The notes beneath the pieces are model-generated. The model was not told the DNA's origin. It searched no databases and saw only the letters and a program-made list of their open reading frames with translations. 64,000 nucleotides of DNA from an uncultured Verrucomicrobiae bacterium (GTDB taxonomy: Bacteria > Verrucomicrobiota > Verrucomicrobiia > Chthoniobacterales > UBA10450). Made by a program: the position numbers and the translations under genes. Below are positions 48,030-57,993 of this stretch, piece by piece. Positions within the stretch are counted from its first letter, which is position 1. Every line of letters starts with the position of its first letter. The DNA is taken from positions 448,001 to 512,000 of the forward strand of contig CAWDGJ010000002.1 in assembly GCA_963801815.1 (NCBI GenBank). The letters are read 5' to 3'.

Positions 48030-48416
48030 ATGGTTAAGAAACTGTTACACACTCGCTACCGGGTGAAGGACCTGGAGAAGACGGTCCGTTTTTACAAGGA
48101 CGTGCTCGGGCTCCAGGAAACACGCAGGCACACATCTGGCCGCGGTTCACAATTAGTTTTTCTCAAAGCGCCAGAAAGCGAAGAGGAAATTGAACTCTGC
48201 AAATTCGACGAAAGCGGACCGGTCGTGGTTGGCCCCGATCTGACGCATCTTGCGTTTGAGGTCGACGATCTGGACAAATTTGCGCGCGAATCGGCGGCGA
48301 AAGGTTATCCGCTGTCCGACGGCCCGCATAAGACGTCTGGCGGAAGCGCCATTGCCTTCATCGACGCACCGGAAGGGTATGAGATTGAATTGATCCAGCC
48401 CGGCAAAGATTTGTAG
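48030..48416 (+). CDS. gloA: Glyoxalase I / VOC family protein
   Basis: LLHTRYRV.DLE...FY..VLG, HLAFEV, FIDAPEGYEIELI. Confidence 0.8.
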   Translation: MVKKLLHTRYRVKDLEKTVRFYKDVLGLQETRRHTSGRGSQLVFLKAPESEEEIELCKFDESGPVVVGPDLTHLAFEVDDLDKFARESAAKGYPLSDGPHKTSGGSAIAFIDAPEGYEIELIQPGKDL

Positions 48417-48462
48417 GCGTGGCTTGCGCGAATTGAATCTTTGTCTTCTAATTTGCCGCGGC

Positions 48463-49494
48463 ATGAAACGCTGGTCTCGCATCGCAGTCACCTATGTCGC
48501 GATCTGCGCCGCCAGCATTTGTCTGGCAGTTGAACCGACGGCGATTCCGCCGGACGAAGAAAACTCGAATGCAGTTCGACCAACTGGCGTTCCGAGTCGA
48601 CAGCATTCAAAGCCCAAATCGACACCCACAGCGAATTCCAATTCGGAGGCTGCGTCGACAGCGACCCCGCGGGTTCGCCGGGCACGTCGCGCGACGCCAA
48701 GACAACGCGATTCTGACGACGATGCGGTCTCGATCCAGGCAGTTCCGGCCTCAATTCCAAAGACAACGGCCAATTCGGTCATCGTGATCGATGTCAGCAA
48801 TGGTCAGGTGCTCTACGAGAAAAATGCGGACGCGATTCGCGCACCGGCAAGCACAACGAAACTGTTGACCGGATTGATAGTCGCTGAGAGCGGAAATCTC
48901 GACCGGCAAGTGAACGTGCAACAAATCGATACTTTGGCGGAGCCGGTGAAGTTAAATATCAAGCCGGGCGATATCTATTCGCGGATCGATCTTCTGCGCG
49001 CGCTTTTGGTTAAGAGTCCGAACGACGTCGCGCGCTGTTTGGCGCGCGATAACGCCGGCAGCATTGAAGCGTTTGCCGAAAAAATGAATCAGCGCGCGTT
49101 CGCCATCGGTGCGCGTAACTCACGCTGGGTCAATCCGAACGGGTTACCCGATGCGCGTCAATATTCGACTGCACGCGATCTTTCAACGATCGCCCGCGTA
49201 GCTTATGCGAATCCACTGATCCGCTCCATCGTTTGTCTGCCGCAGTTGAATTTTCGCTACGCTAACGGGCGAACCCGGGAACTTGAAAATACGAACAAGC
49301 TTCTAAAGCGGCTGCCTTACTGCAACGGCATGAAAACCGGCTACACCGAAGCCGCCGGAAAATGTTTGATCGCAAGCGGCTCCCGACCCGGCAAGGACAT
49401 CATCGTCGTCGTTCTAGGGGACAGTCACTCGGGCGTTTGGCGTGACGCTGGCGCCTTGCTCGCTTGGGCGCTATGGAACCCATCCGCAGGCTAA
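48463..49494 (+). CDS. D-alanyl-D-alanine carboxypeptidase (S11)
   Basis: PASTTK (SxxK), SPND (SxN), NPNGL, GMKTGYT. Confidence 0.92.
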   Translation: MKRWSRIAVTYVAICAASICLAVEPTAIPPDEENSNAVRPTGVPSRQHSKPKSTPTANSNSEAASTATPRVRRARRATPRQRDSDDDAVSIQAVPASIPKTTANSVIVIDVSNGQVLYEKNADAIRAPASTTKLLTGLIVAESGNLDRQVNVQQIDTLAEPVKLNIKPGDIYSRIDLLRALLVKSPNDVARCLARDNAGSIEAFAEKMNQRAFAIGARNSRWVNPNGLPDARQYSTARDLSTIARVAYANPLIRSIVCLPQLNFRYANGRTRELENTNKLLKRLPYCNGMKTGYTEAAGKCLIASGSRPGKDIIVVVLGDSHSGVWRDAGALLAWALWNPSAG

Positions 49495-49531
49495 TCGATT
49501 ACGCGCGGCAGCTGGACTAAACGCCGGCCTG

Positions 49532-49810
49532 TTATGGCGTGCGGGATGAAGCCCAATCACGCAGCAGCGGGTCGGGCATCAAAGCAGGATTGTGATCAAC
49601 ATCCGCAGGCGCGTCAGCCGGAACATCTTCCGGGCCTTCAGCTGGAGGCGCTGGTTCCTCACCGGGAGCGCCGGGCGAGGTTGCGTTGCTGGCGTACTTC
49701 GCCGTCAAACGCTGCTCGAGCGTCTGATTGGCAGCTGTGGTCTGCGAAGTCGAGGAGCAAGCTGGCAGGAGGGCGAGACCGAGCAGACAAAAGGCGATTT
49801 CAATTTTCAT
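49532..49810 (-). CDS. Small Pro-rich lipoprotein
   Basis: MKIEIAFCLLGLALLPAC lipobox-like sequence, then low-complexity sequence. Confidence 0.65.
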   Translation of the reverse strand: MKIEIAFCLLGLALLPACSSTSQTTAANQTLEQRLTAKYASNATSPGAPGEEPAPPAEGPEDVPADAPADVDHNPALMPDPLLRDWASSRTP

Positions 49811-49888
49811 GGTGCGCAAAACTTTAAATCAGTGACGCGTTTATAATTACTATAATTCAGCCGTGAATGGCAAGCACTTTTCTTCCTT

Positions 49889-50764
49889 TCACAAAAAACG
49901 GCTCAAAATCGGTCCTAACTTCTGGATTGTTGCCTTTGGCCAAAGCCCCCGTTCCGTCGTCATGGCAGCGTCCAATCCAAAGTGCTCCGGCCAGGTGGCT
50001 TCGGTCGGAATTCGAGGGATCACCTCGACCAGGACCTTCTTCGCCGTCTCCGCATTGGCGGTTAAATGGCTAAACACGGTCTGTGCCGAAACCGGCTCTT
50101 CCTCCGTCTTCCAGCAATCGTAATCCGTGATCATTGCCATCGTCGCAAGGGCGATCTCGCCTTCCCGCGCCAACTTTGCCTCCGGCAAATTCGTCATCCC
50201 GATCACATCAAAACCGTGGCGCCGGTTCAACTCCGACTCCGCTCGCGTGGAAAACGCCGGGCCATCCATGTTCACGTAAGTACCGCCATTGTGAGCCCTG
50301 ACGCCAACTTTCTTCGCCGATTCGTTGAGCAAATTCCGCAGGCGTCCGCTGATCGGCTCCGCAAACGAAATGTGCGCCGCGATCCCTTCGCCAAAAAACG
50401 TGTGGACCGCCCGCGAGCTCGAGCGGTCGTAAAACTGTGACGGTAACAGGATGTCACGCGGTTTGTATTTCTCCTGCAAACTGCCGACCGCCGTCACAGC
50501 GATGATCCAGCGGACGTTGAGCGACCGCATCGCGAAAATGTTCGCGCGATGATTCAACTCGTGCGGCAGAATTCTGTGACCGCGTCCATGCCGCGGTAAA
50601 AAGTAAACCTGCCGGCCGCTGATCGTGCCTCCAATTAAAACATCGGACGGCGAACCAAACGGCGTTTCGATTTTTTGCTCGGAGGCATCCCGCATTTGCT
50701 CCATTCGATACAAACCGCTTCCGCCGATGATACCGATTGCCGGACTCTTCTCCTTCATTCGCAT
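49889..50764 (-). CDS. mtnP: S-methyl-5'-thioadenosine phosphorylase
   Basis: IGIIGGSG, TPFGSPS, PRHG, GPAFSTRAES, GMTNLPEAKLARE, TDYDCW. Confidence 0.95.
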   Translation of the reverse strand: MRMKEKSPAIGIIGGSGLYRMEQMRDASEQKIETPFGSPSDVLIGGTISGRQVYFLPRHGRGHRILPHELNHRANIFAMRSLNVRWIIAVTAVGSLQEKYKPRDILLPSQFYDRSSSRAVHTFFGEGIAAHISFAEPISGRLRNLLNESAKKVGVRAHNGGTYVNMDGPAFSTRAESELNRRHGFDVIGMTNLPEAKLAREGEIALATMAMITDYDCWKTEEEPVSAQTVFSHLTANAETAKKVLVEVIPRIPTEATWPEHFGLDAAMTTERGLWPKATIQKLGPILSRFL

Positions 50765-50853
50765 ACCGATTTAATCGAAAAGATCGCCAACTTGGAAAGT
50801 GGATAATCTGGCGATGGCGCTGGCGAAACGACGGTGTATTATTTCGCCCGCCG

Positions 50854-52239
50854 ATGCCCAAGTTTTTCATCAAAACCTACGGCTGCCAGATGAATGAGCG
50901 TGACTCAGAACAGGTCGCGCATTCGCTTATCGAACGCGGCTACCAACGCGCCGATTCTGAATCGGACGCCGACGTCGTGTTACTGAACACTTGCAGCGTC
51001 CGGGATATGGCCGACCAAAAGGCGCTCGGCAAAATGAGAATGCTCGGGCGGATCGCCAAAGAGCGCCCCCAAGTTGTTTTTGGTTTCCTTGGCTGCATGG
51101 CGCAAGCCCGCGGGGCTTCGCTCCTCAAGAACCTGCCGCACGTCGATCTCGTTGTTGGCACGCAGAAGTTTCATCGGGTTGCAGATTCCGTAGACAAAGC
51201 CCTGGGAAGAAAACGTTCTCGCGCGATGGACGATCCGCGATTTTCCATCGTCGACGTCGAAGAGGAAACAGGGTCCCAATCGACAATCCACAGCCAAGAA
51301 ATCGCACCGAAACAGGCAAGGGCGTTCGTGTCGATCATGCAGGGATGCAACATGCACTGCACATTTTGCATCGTGCCGCAGACACGGGGCGCAGAACGCA
51401 GCCGTTCGATCCAAGAAATTGTCGCCGAGGTTCGCGAGCTTGTTTCACGCGGCGTAAGAGAAGTGACGTTGCTCGGACAGATCGTCAATCTCTACGGCAG
51501 GCATGAGCTTCCAAACGTCGACAACAAGAGTCCGTTCGTGCAATTACTCGAAGCAGTGCATGAAGTCGCCGGCCTGGCGCGGCTCCGCTTCACTTCACCG
51601 CATCCGATCGGCTTTCGTGCAGATTTGATCGATGCCTACCGGCGGTTGCCGAAGTTGGTCGATCACCTCCACCTGCCGTTACAATCAGGTTCAAATAAAA
51701 TCCTGAAGGCAATGCATCGTACCTACACCGCCGAGAAATACATCGATCTTATACATCGTGTTCGTGCGGCCAGGCCCGGAATCGCTGTAACAACCGACAT
51801 CATCGTCGGATTTCCGGGCGAAACGGACGGCGATTACGAACAAACGAAAAGACTCGTCGAGCAAGTCCAGTTCGACAATGCGTTCGTATTTCGCTATTCG
51901 CCGCGCCGCGACACGCCCGCTGCGGAAATGCCCGGCCAGATTGAGGAACGTGTCAAAGAAGCCCGCAACCATGATTTGCTCGAGGTCGTCAACGAGTGCG
52001 CGCGACGAATTAACACACGTTTAATCGGCCACACTCTTGAAATTCTTTGCGAGGGTCCGAGCAGAACCAATCCGGCGCGCTTGATGGGACGCACCCGCAC
52101 GAACAAGATCGTTTTGTTTGAGAACGTCGAAGATCTCGCGGGGACATTTGTCGATGTTCAGATCGAGCGCGCGACCGGATTCAGCCTTTATGGAACGCCG
52201 ATGACTGACGACCTCCGAACGACCAGCGCCGCAGCATGA
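50854..52239 (+). CDS. miaB: tRNA methylthiotransferase MiaB
   Basis: TYGCQMNERDS, NTCSVR, GCNMHCTFCIVP, TTDIIVGFPGET, TRAM domain. Confidence 0.96.
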   Translation: MPKFFIKTYGCQMNERDSEQVAHSLIERGYQRADSESDADVVLLNTCSVRDMADQKALGKMRMLGRIAKERPQVVFGFLGCMAQARGASLLKNLPHVDLVVGTQKFHRVADSVDKALGRKRSRAMDDPRFSIVDVEEETGSQSTIHSQEIAPKQARAFVSIMQGCNMHCTFCIVPQTRGAERSRSIQEIVAEVRELVSRGVREVTLLGQIVNLYGRHELPNVDNKSPFVQLLEAVHEVAGLARLRFTSPHPIGFRADLIDAYRRLPKLVDHLHLPLQSGSNKILKAMHRTYTAEKYIDLIHRVRAARPGIAVTTDIIVGFPGETDGDYEQTKRLVEQVQFDNAFVFRYSPRRDTPAAEMPGQIEERVKEARNHDLLEVVNECARRINTRLIGHTLEILCEGPSRTNPARLMGRTRTNKIVLFENVEDLAGTFVDVQIERATGFSLYGTPMTDDLRTTSAAA

Positions 52240-52787
52240 TTTACGATCTCAATCTAAAAACCGCTGGATTGATAATGGGCGTGCTGCTCGTCCTCATAAG
52301 TTTGCCGGGATTCGTAAAACCCGCGCTCATCCAGGACTGGCTAAGGCGTCTGCCCCGCTCCCGAGTCGCCGGTGTTTTCCTTCTCACAGTCGTCCTGGTT
52401 TGGTCGTTCTGGTTGCTTGCTACCATGGAAATGGGCGAATTCTCCAGCTTTCGGCGGCCACTCCTGCTGGCACTGCCAATTGGCTATCTGCTCGTGATTC
52501 GATTCGTCGACGAATTCCTGGCTGTCCGCGCGCTCGGAATTCTCTGCCTGCTCGCCGCGGAACCGCTGCTGGAGGCCGCTTTTTTCCGTTACGAGACAAG
52601 TCGACTGCTCGTAACAGTGCTGGCGTATTTGCTCATCATTGCCGGATTGTTCTGGGTCACGATGCCATATCTGTTGCGCGATCAAATCAGTTGGAGCGCG
52701 CGAAGTGGCATTCGCTGGCACAGCCTTCATGTGTGCACCGTAGCCTATGGCATCGCGCTGTTGGCCTGCGCTTTCACGCAATACTGA
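52236..52787 (+). CDS. Hypothetical membrane protein
   Basis: ATGA overlap with miaB; several TM helices. Confidence 0.75.
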   Translation: MIYDLNLKTAGLIMGVLLVLISLPGFVKPALIQDWLRRLPRSRVAGVFLLTVVLVWSFWLLATMEMGEFSSFRRPLLLALPIGYLLVIRFVDEFLAVRALGILCLLAAEPLLEAAFFRYETSRLLVTVLAYLLIIAGLFWVTMPYLLRDQISWSARSGIRWHSLHVCTVAYGIALLACAFTQY

Positions 52788-52794
52788 TCCCGGA

Positions 52795-53739
52795 TTGAAC
52801 CGTATCCTGGTGATTCGCGGCGGCGCGATTGGTGATTTTATCCTGACCCTGCCGGCGATCAAAGTGTTGCGAGACTCACATCCCGCGGCACACATTGAAG
52901 TTCTTGGTTACAAGCACATTGCGCTGCTGGCAAAAAACCGATTCTATGCCGACCAAATCCTCTCGATCGAATCGGCAGCACTCTCCGGATTCTTTGCCAA
53001 AGATGCTGACCTGCCGCACGAGCTGGCAAGCTACTTCGCCAGTTTCGATCTCATCATCAGCTATCTTCACGACCCCGACCTGATTTTCGAAACGAATCTG
53101 CAACGGAGCGGCTCAAAGAAAGTTATCCGTGGACCGGCAAAGATCGAAAACTCCAATCACGCGACTAGGCAACTCGCGCGCCCGATCGAAGAGCTTGGCT
53201 TATCGGTCTCAGATTTCGCGCCAAGAGTTTTTCCTTCGAAGGCAGATCGACATCGCGCAGTGGAATTTCTCCTTGGATTGACCACGCCGATCGTTGCGCT
53301 TCATCCCGGAAGTGGGAGCGAGAAGAAGAATTGGCGGCTACAAAACTGGATCAAACTCGGAAACTACATCCACGAGAATTTCGCAGGGTCGCTTGTGATC
53401 GTTTCCGGAGAAGCCGAGCAATCGCAAATCAAAAAGCTTCAGACAATCTTTGATAATTCGCGGACCCGGTTCGCGAACTCATTGCCGTTGCCGCATCTGG
53501 CTGCTGTTCTGGAAAAGACGATCTTTGTTGGGCACGATAGCGGCATTTCGCACCTGGCCTCGGCGACCGGTGCTGAATCGATTCTACTCTTCGGCCCGAC
53601 CGATCCGGCTGTTTGGGCGCCATTAAATAAAAACGTCCGCGTGATTCGCGCTCCAAGCGGAGACCTGTCGCGCCTCGACGTTGAGCCCGTGCGGCAGAGA
53701 CTCGATCAGGAACTGATGCGCATCGGCATCAGCACGTAA
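52795..53739 (+). CDS. Glycosyltransferase family 9 (LPS heptosyltransferase-like)
   Basis: ILVIRGGAIGD, HPGSG..KKNW, FVGHDSGISHLA, LFGPTDP..WAP. Confidence 0.9.
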   Translation: MNRILVIRGGAIGDFILTLPAIKVLRDSHPAAHIEVLGYKHIALLAKNRFYADQILSIESAALSGFFAKDADLPHELASYFASFDLIISYLHDPDLIFETNLQRSGSKKVIRGPAKIENSNHATRQLARPIEELGLSVSDFAPRVFPSKADRHRAVEFLLGLTTPIVALHPGSGSEKKNWRLQNWIKLGNYIHENFAGSLVIVSGEAEQSQIKKLQTIFDNSRTRFANSLPLPHLAAVLEKTIFVGHDSGISHLASATGAESILLFGPTDPAVWAPLNKNVRVIRAPSGDLSRLDVEPVRQRLDQELMRIGIST

Positions 53740-54803
53740 AGAAACGGCGTCTGGATTTTCAACACGCCAGGGCTCATTTCGTCGATCAGATCGAGAAAGA
53801 CTTCGTCTTCGGTCAGATTGCGCAGCGGGGCCATCAGAAACTCCGGATTGAAGGCGATCGAGAAATCGCGGCCTTTGTATTGCACCGCGAGCGATTCCTT
53901 GGCTTCGCCGACTTCCGGAGTGTTGGCCGTGATGTCGATGTTGTTCTTGCTGAAATTAAGCTTGATGGAGTTCGACTTTTCACTCGCCAGCAGCGACACG
54001 CGCCGCAGTGAATTAAGCAAGGTCTCACGCTCGAGGGTTACGCGCTCCTTCGCTTCCGCAGGAATGACCTGCTTGTAATTGGGATAATTTCCCTCGATCA
54101 ACTTGGAGACGAGAAGCGTCTTGTTTAGATCGAACGCGATCTGGCCGCTGGCCACGCTCACCTTTACATCACCCTCATCGGTCAGAAGCCGCTGCAGTTC
54201 AGTAACGGCTTTGGTCGGAACAATGATATCGGTTTCGTGGCTGCGCGGAATTTCCAATTCAATATCGACCATCGCCAGGCGTCGGCCGTCCGTTGCTACA
54301 AGCGTGAGCTTGTTGTCCTTAAAACTGAACAGTAGCCCGTTGAGAACGTAGCGCGTTTCGTCGGTTGAAATGGCGTAAGACGTCTTCCGCAAACCGTCGC
54401 GCAAATCCTTCTGACGAATCGTGACCACCTTGGCGTCCTCGAACTTCGGCAGTGGCGGAAATTCCTCTTCGGGCAACCCGAGGATCTTGAAAAAGCTTTG
54501 ACCGCTGCGAATCGAGGCCGCGTTTTTTCCATCGACGTCGATCTGTATTTCGCTCGCAGGCAATTCGCGAACGATGTTAAACAAACGCCGCGCCGGAAGC
54601 GTGGTGGCACCTTCTTTTTCCACTTCAGCTTCAAAGCTTCCCCGAACGCCAACGTCCAGATCGGTGGTCGTGAGATGCACGGTACCGTCGCTTGCCTGGA
54701 GCAACACGTTCGAAAGGATCGGCAATGTGGTGCGAGTGCTGACGACGTTTTGGACCTGTTGCAAACCTTCGAGCAGTTTTTCTTTCGTGACGCTAAACTT
54801 CAT
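53706..54803 (-). CDS. dnaN: DNA polymerase III beta clamp
   Basis: TLPILSNVLL, TTDLD, ETRYVLNG, VATDGRRL, LIEGNYPNY, VLMPMR. Confidence 0.97.
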   Translation of the reverse strand: MKFSVTKEKLLEGLQQVQNVVSTRTTLPILSNVLLQASDGTVHLTTTDLDVGVRGSFEAEVEKEGATTLPARRLFNIVRELPASEIQIDVDGKNAASIRSGQSFFKILGLPEEEFPPLPKFEDAKVVTIRQKDLRDGLRKTSYAISTDETRYVLNGLLFSFKDNKLTLVATDGRRLAMVDIELEIPRSHETDIIVPTKAVTELQRLLTDEGDVKVSVASGQIAFDLNKTLLVSKLIEGNYPNYKQVIPAEAKERVTLERETLLNSLRRVSLLASEKSNSIKLNFSKNNIDITANTPEVGEAKESLAVQYKGRDFSIAFNPEFLMAPLRNLTEDEVFLDLIDEMSPGVLKIQTPFLYVLMPMRISS

Positions 54804-54888
54804 GAGAACGAAATCTGGCTAAGATGTTAGGCGGGCGATTTTATTCGGCAACCGCAAAGTCTTGTGCGTTAGGATCGACCAGGTACAC

Positions 54889-56246
54889 TCAGCGTTGCAG
54901 CGAACTGTCGATGAACGAAATCGTCTGCCGAATGTTGTCCTGCTCTTTCATCCGTCTCTTCACCAATTTGCACGCATGCAACACCGTGCCGTGGTCGCGT
55001 CCGCCAAACGCATCGCCGATTTCGTTGAGCGAGGATTTCGTCAGCTCGCGCGCCAGATACATCGCGACCTGTCTCGGAAACGCGATATTGGCCGGCCGGC
55101 GTTTGCTGGTCATGTCCGCCAGGCGCACGTCGAAGTGTTCGGCCACTTTTCGTTGAATTTGCTCGATCGTGATCGAGGTGCCGCGCTTCTTCCTGCAAAA
55201 TGTCCTTGAGCAAATGCTCGATCACTTCCTGGGTGAGTGCTTTACCGCTCAACGACGCGAACGACGCGACGCGCATGAGCGCGCCTTCAAGGCGACGGAC
55301 ATTGCTACGGATGCGGTTGGCGAGGAATTCGAAGATTTCGTCCGGCAACTTGATCTGCATCCCTCGCGCTTTCTTGCGCAGAATCGCCAGCCGCGTTTCG
55401 ATGGCCGGTGGTTGAAGCTCGGCGGTCAGTCCCCATTCGAACCGCGAGACCAGGCGGTGCTCGAGGTTCGCGATTTCCGACGCCGGGCGATCGCTCGACA
55501 GCACGATTTGTTTGTGCCCGTCAAAGAGAGTGTTGAAGGTGTGAAAAAACTCCTCCTGCGAGCGTTCTTTGCCGCCAAGGAATTGAATGTCGTCAATGCA
55601 AAGCAGATCGGCCTGACGATAGCGCTTGCGAAACTTGACCAGATTATTGTGCTGAATGGCGTCGATGAACTCGTTGATGAACAGTTCGCTCGAAAGATAG
55701 ATCACTTTGGTGTTTTTCTTTTTCGCGAGCACGTACTGACCGATCGCCTGCATCAAGTGCGTCTTGCCGAGGCCAACGCCGCCGTAAATAAAAAGCGGAT
55801 TGTAGGTGCGGGCTGGTGCTTGAGCGACGGCGAGACTGGCCGCGTGCGCAATTTCATTGTTCGGCCCGACTACGAAGGATTCGAAAGTGTTGCGCGGATT
55901 TAAGTCCAAACGAACTGTTGGTCAAAGGTTTGGCGTCGCGAACTGAGTCACTTTGCCTGGAACGCTGCAACTAATTCGGCATCTTCAACCGGCGCTTCAG
56001 AGGAAGATAAACTTGATCTCGCGCGGCTCACCCAGCGCAGAGAGCACGGCTGCTTCCAGCGCCGCCATGTGATTACTCTCGATCCAATATTGATAGATGT
56101 TGTTCGGGACGCGAAAGCTCAGCGTTTTCGAAGTAACGCCAGCCAGTTCCACTGCCGAAAACCAGCGTTTAAATGTGTCGGCGCTGACGCTGTGGTTTGA
56201 GCGCGGCCGAGAGTTTCTGCCAGAGCTGCGTACATTTCTCGTCCAT
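54889..56246 (-). CDS. dnaA: Chromosomal replication initiator, with about 5 apparent single-base frameshifts
   Basis: Domain I ([10 protein letters not shown]...[11 protein letters not shown]), AAA+ ([26 protein letters not shown]) and domain IV ([18 protein letters not shown]) lie in different frames. Confidence 0.95.
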
Positions 56247-56249
56247 GGG

Positions 56250-56700
56250 AGTTGTTAACAGTGTTACACAATCGCCATAAAGGCGGTTATGAGAGGGAAT
56301 CGTTGGTCCTTGCCAAGGCATCTGAGTTGACAGCCGTGCCTCGGCGCGAAGCATCAAAAATCGGTTAAAAATGCCAAAATTGCCAAAATACGAGGGGAAA
56401 TGTCGCGTTTAGCTTACAGCCAGACAGTCGCTGTGCGGGAACATCGATCATATCCTTGGAACTTTCTGATCCGTGCGGTTAAGGCCTTTCTCATTCTAGG
56501 GATTCAATCTTTCTCAGAACATGTTCACATCTTATTCACACGCGCCTCTCTTTCGTCCCCTGCCGCGGGCTTGAGATTAGAAATCGCGCGCAACATCGAC
56601 AAGAAAAAATCTGAACTTTATTTTTATTTCTCGGTCAAAAAATTCTTGACTGAAAAAGCAAAACGAGCGTGTCCCCGAGCAGCAAAATTTTAGGTTTTCA
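56250..56700. other. Candidate replication origin (oriC)
   Basis: Non-coding region upstream of dnaA; TTATTCACA (56532-56540), near-boxes ATGTTCACA (56521) and TGTTACACA (56262), AT-rich tract at about 56600-56665. Confidence 0.55.
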
Positions 56701-56730
56701 TCCGCTGTCCCATCTCGATTCCCACGTCTG

Positions 56731-56746
56731 CGGCATTTCCTTTGCT
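56731..56746 (+). promoter_or_regulatory. Candidate sigma-54 promoter
   Basis: CGGCATTTCCTTTGCT, GG-N10-GC, 40 nt before the ATG at 56786. Confidence 0.5.
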
Positions 56747-56785
56747 GCTGCGAACTGCTAATGTCCCGTTGCCGTTTCCACTGAC

Positions 56786-57304
56786 ATGTTGCGCGCGTTG
56801 ATTTCACTTCTTCTGCTGTCGCTCGCGCTCGAATCTGCTACTGCCACCGATGATTTGACCCCTCCGTTTGGGTTTCGCTGGAACGATCCGATGTCGCGTG
56901 TGGAAGCCGTGCTTAAGGGCGCCAAAGCGACGATCCTCTCGCGCGAGAAAAAGGAGAACCGCGAAGTCTGGACCGTGGAAGGCCTCGTTCATCCCGGTTT
57001 GAAACGGACGCTGTTTACTTTTAAAGGCGGCGCGTTGTTCGGCGTCGAATTGCAGTACGAATATCCCGATTGGTCAATCGAGCGTTACAATGAACGCATG
57101 GGCGAAATCCGCCGTTACTTCGACGCCAAATACGGGACCGGCAAACTGGTCTCGCGGACACGCGATACCGATTCCGACGTCATTCAGACTTTGGTCGGTT
57201 ACCAGTGGACGATCGGCGCGACGATGCTCGAGCTCTTCTATTTTTCCGCGCAACACGACCAGCTCGTTTTCCGCACGATCTCGGTCGATTACAAGGCGCT
57301 CTGA
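56786..57304 (+). CDS. Secreted hypothetical protein
   Basis: Signal peptide; PPFGFRW...; alpha/beta protein-like composition. Confidence 0.78.
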   Translation: MLRALISLLLLSLALESATATDDLTPPFGFRWNDPMSRVEAVLKGAKATILSREKKENREVWTVEGLVHPGLKRTLFTFKGGALFGVELQYEYPDWSIERYNERMGEIRRYFDAKYGTGKLVSRTRDTDSDVIQTLVGYQWTIGATMLELFYFSAQHDQLVFRTISVDYKAL

Positions 57305-57316
57305 CGGCTACGCCGT

Positions 57317-57382
57317 AAATCCCAGCCTCCAATGTCCAAAAACCAAAGAACGTCTAAGTTCCAATTGTTCAAATTGGGATTT
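57317..57382. repeat. Degenerate heptamer-repeat palindrome (same family as 13469)
   Basis: aatccca gcctcca atgtcca aaaacca ... tgggattt. Confidence 0.55.
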
Positions 57383-57395
57383 CGATCTTCGCTCG

Positions 57396-57993
57396 TCAGA
57401 GCGTCGTCTCCGCAACCGCGCGTTGCCGATGTTTCGCGCCGCGTTGCGTTTCCTTTTGCAGCCGCTTGAGTTTGCTCGATAGACTCGATTTCAGCGGCCG
57501 AGCTCATTCGATCGATAAACAGGATTCCGTTGAGATGATCGACCTCGTGTTGGATCGCGCGCGCCAGAAAGCCGCTCGTCTCAATTTCGATCGCGTTCTC
57601 CTCCAAATCCTGTCCGCGCACCGTGATTGACGTCGCGCGCGCGATCTCGCCGGTGATTTCGGGAAAACTAAGACAGCCTTCGGTCCCCATTTCCGTTTCG
57701 CCGCCAGGCTCAACTTGTGGATTGATCAGCACCAAAGGCATCGCGCTTTTCGGGTCGATCGGGCTTCCGTTCAACTTCATCGACGTGGGTCGGTCTTCAA
57801 CCTGCGAGATATCGAGCACTGTTAGCTGAATCGGTTCCCCGATTTGCTGCGCCGCCAGGCCAACTCCATTCGCGGCGTGCATCGTTTCGATCATGTTCTG
57901 CGCCAGCTCGCGGAGGCGATCGTCGACCTTGTCGATTCGTTTTCCTTTCGCCCGCAACACCGGGTCCCCGTACTGCACGATCGGCAACTTCAT
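57396..57993 (-). CDS. def: Peptide deformylase; apparent frameshift at about 57490 near the C-terminus
   Basis: GVGLAAQQ, EGCLS, QHEVDHLNG; the shifted frame gives a typical tail KSSLSSKLKRLQK...ETTL-stop. Confidence 0.93.
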
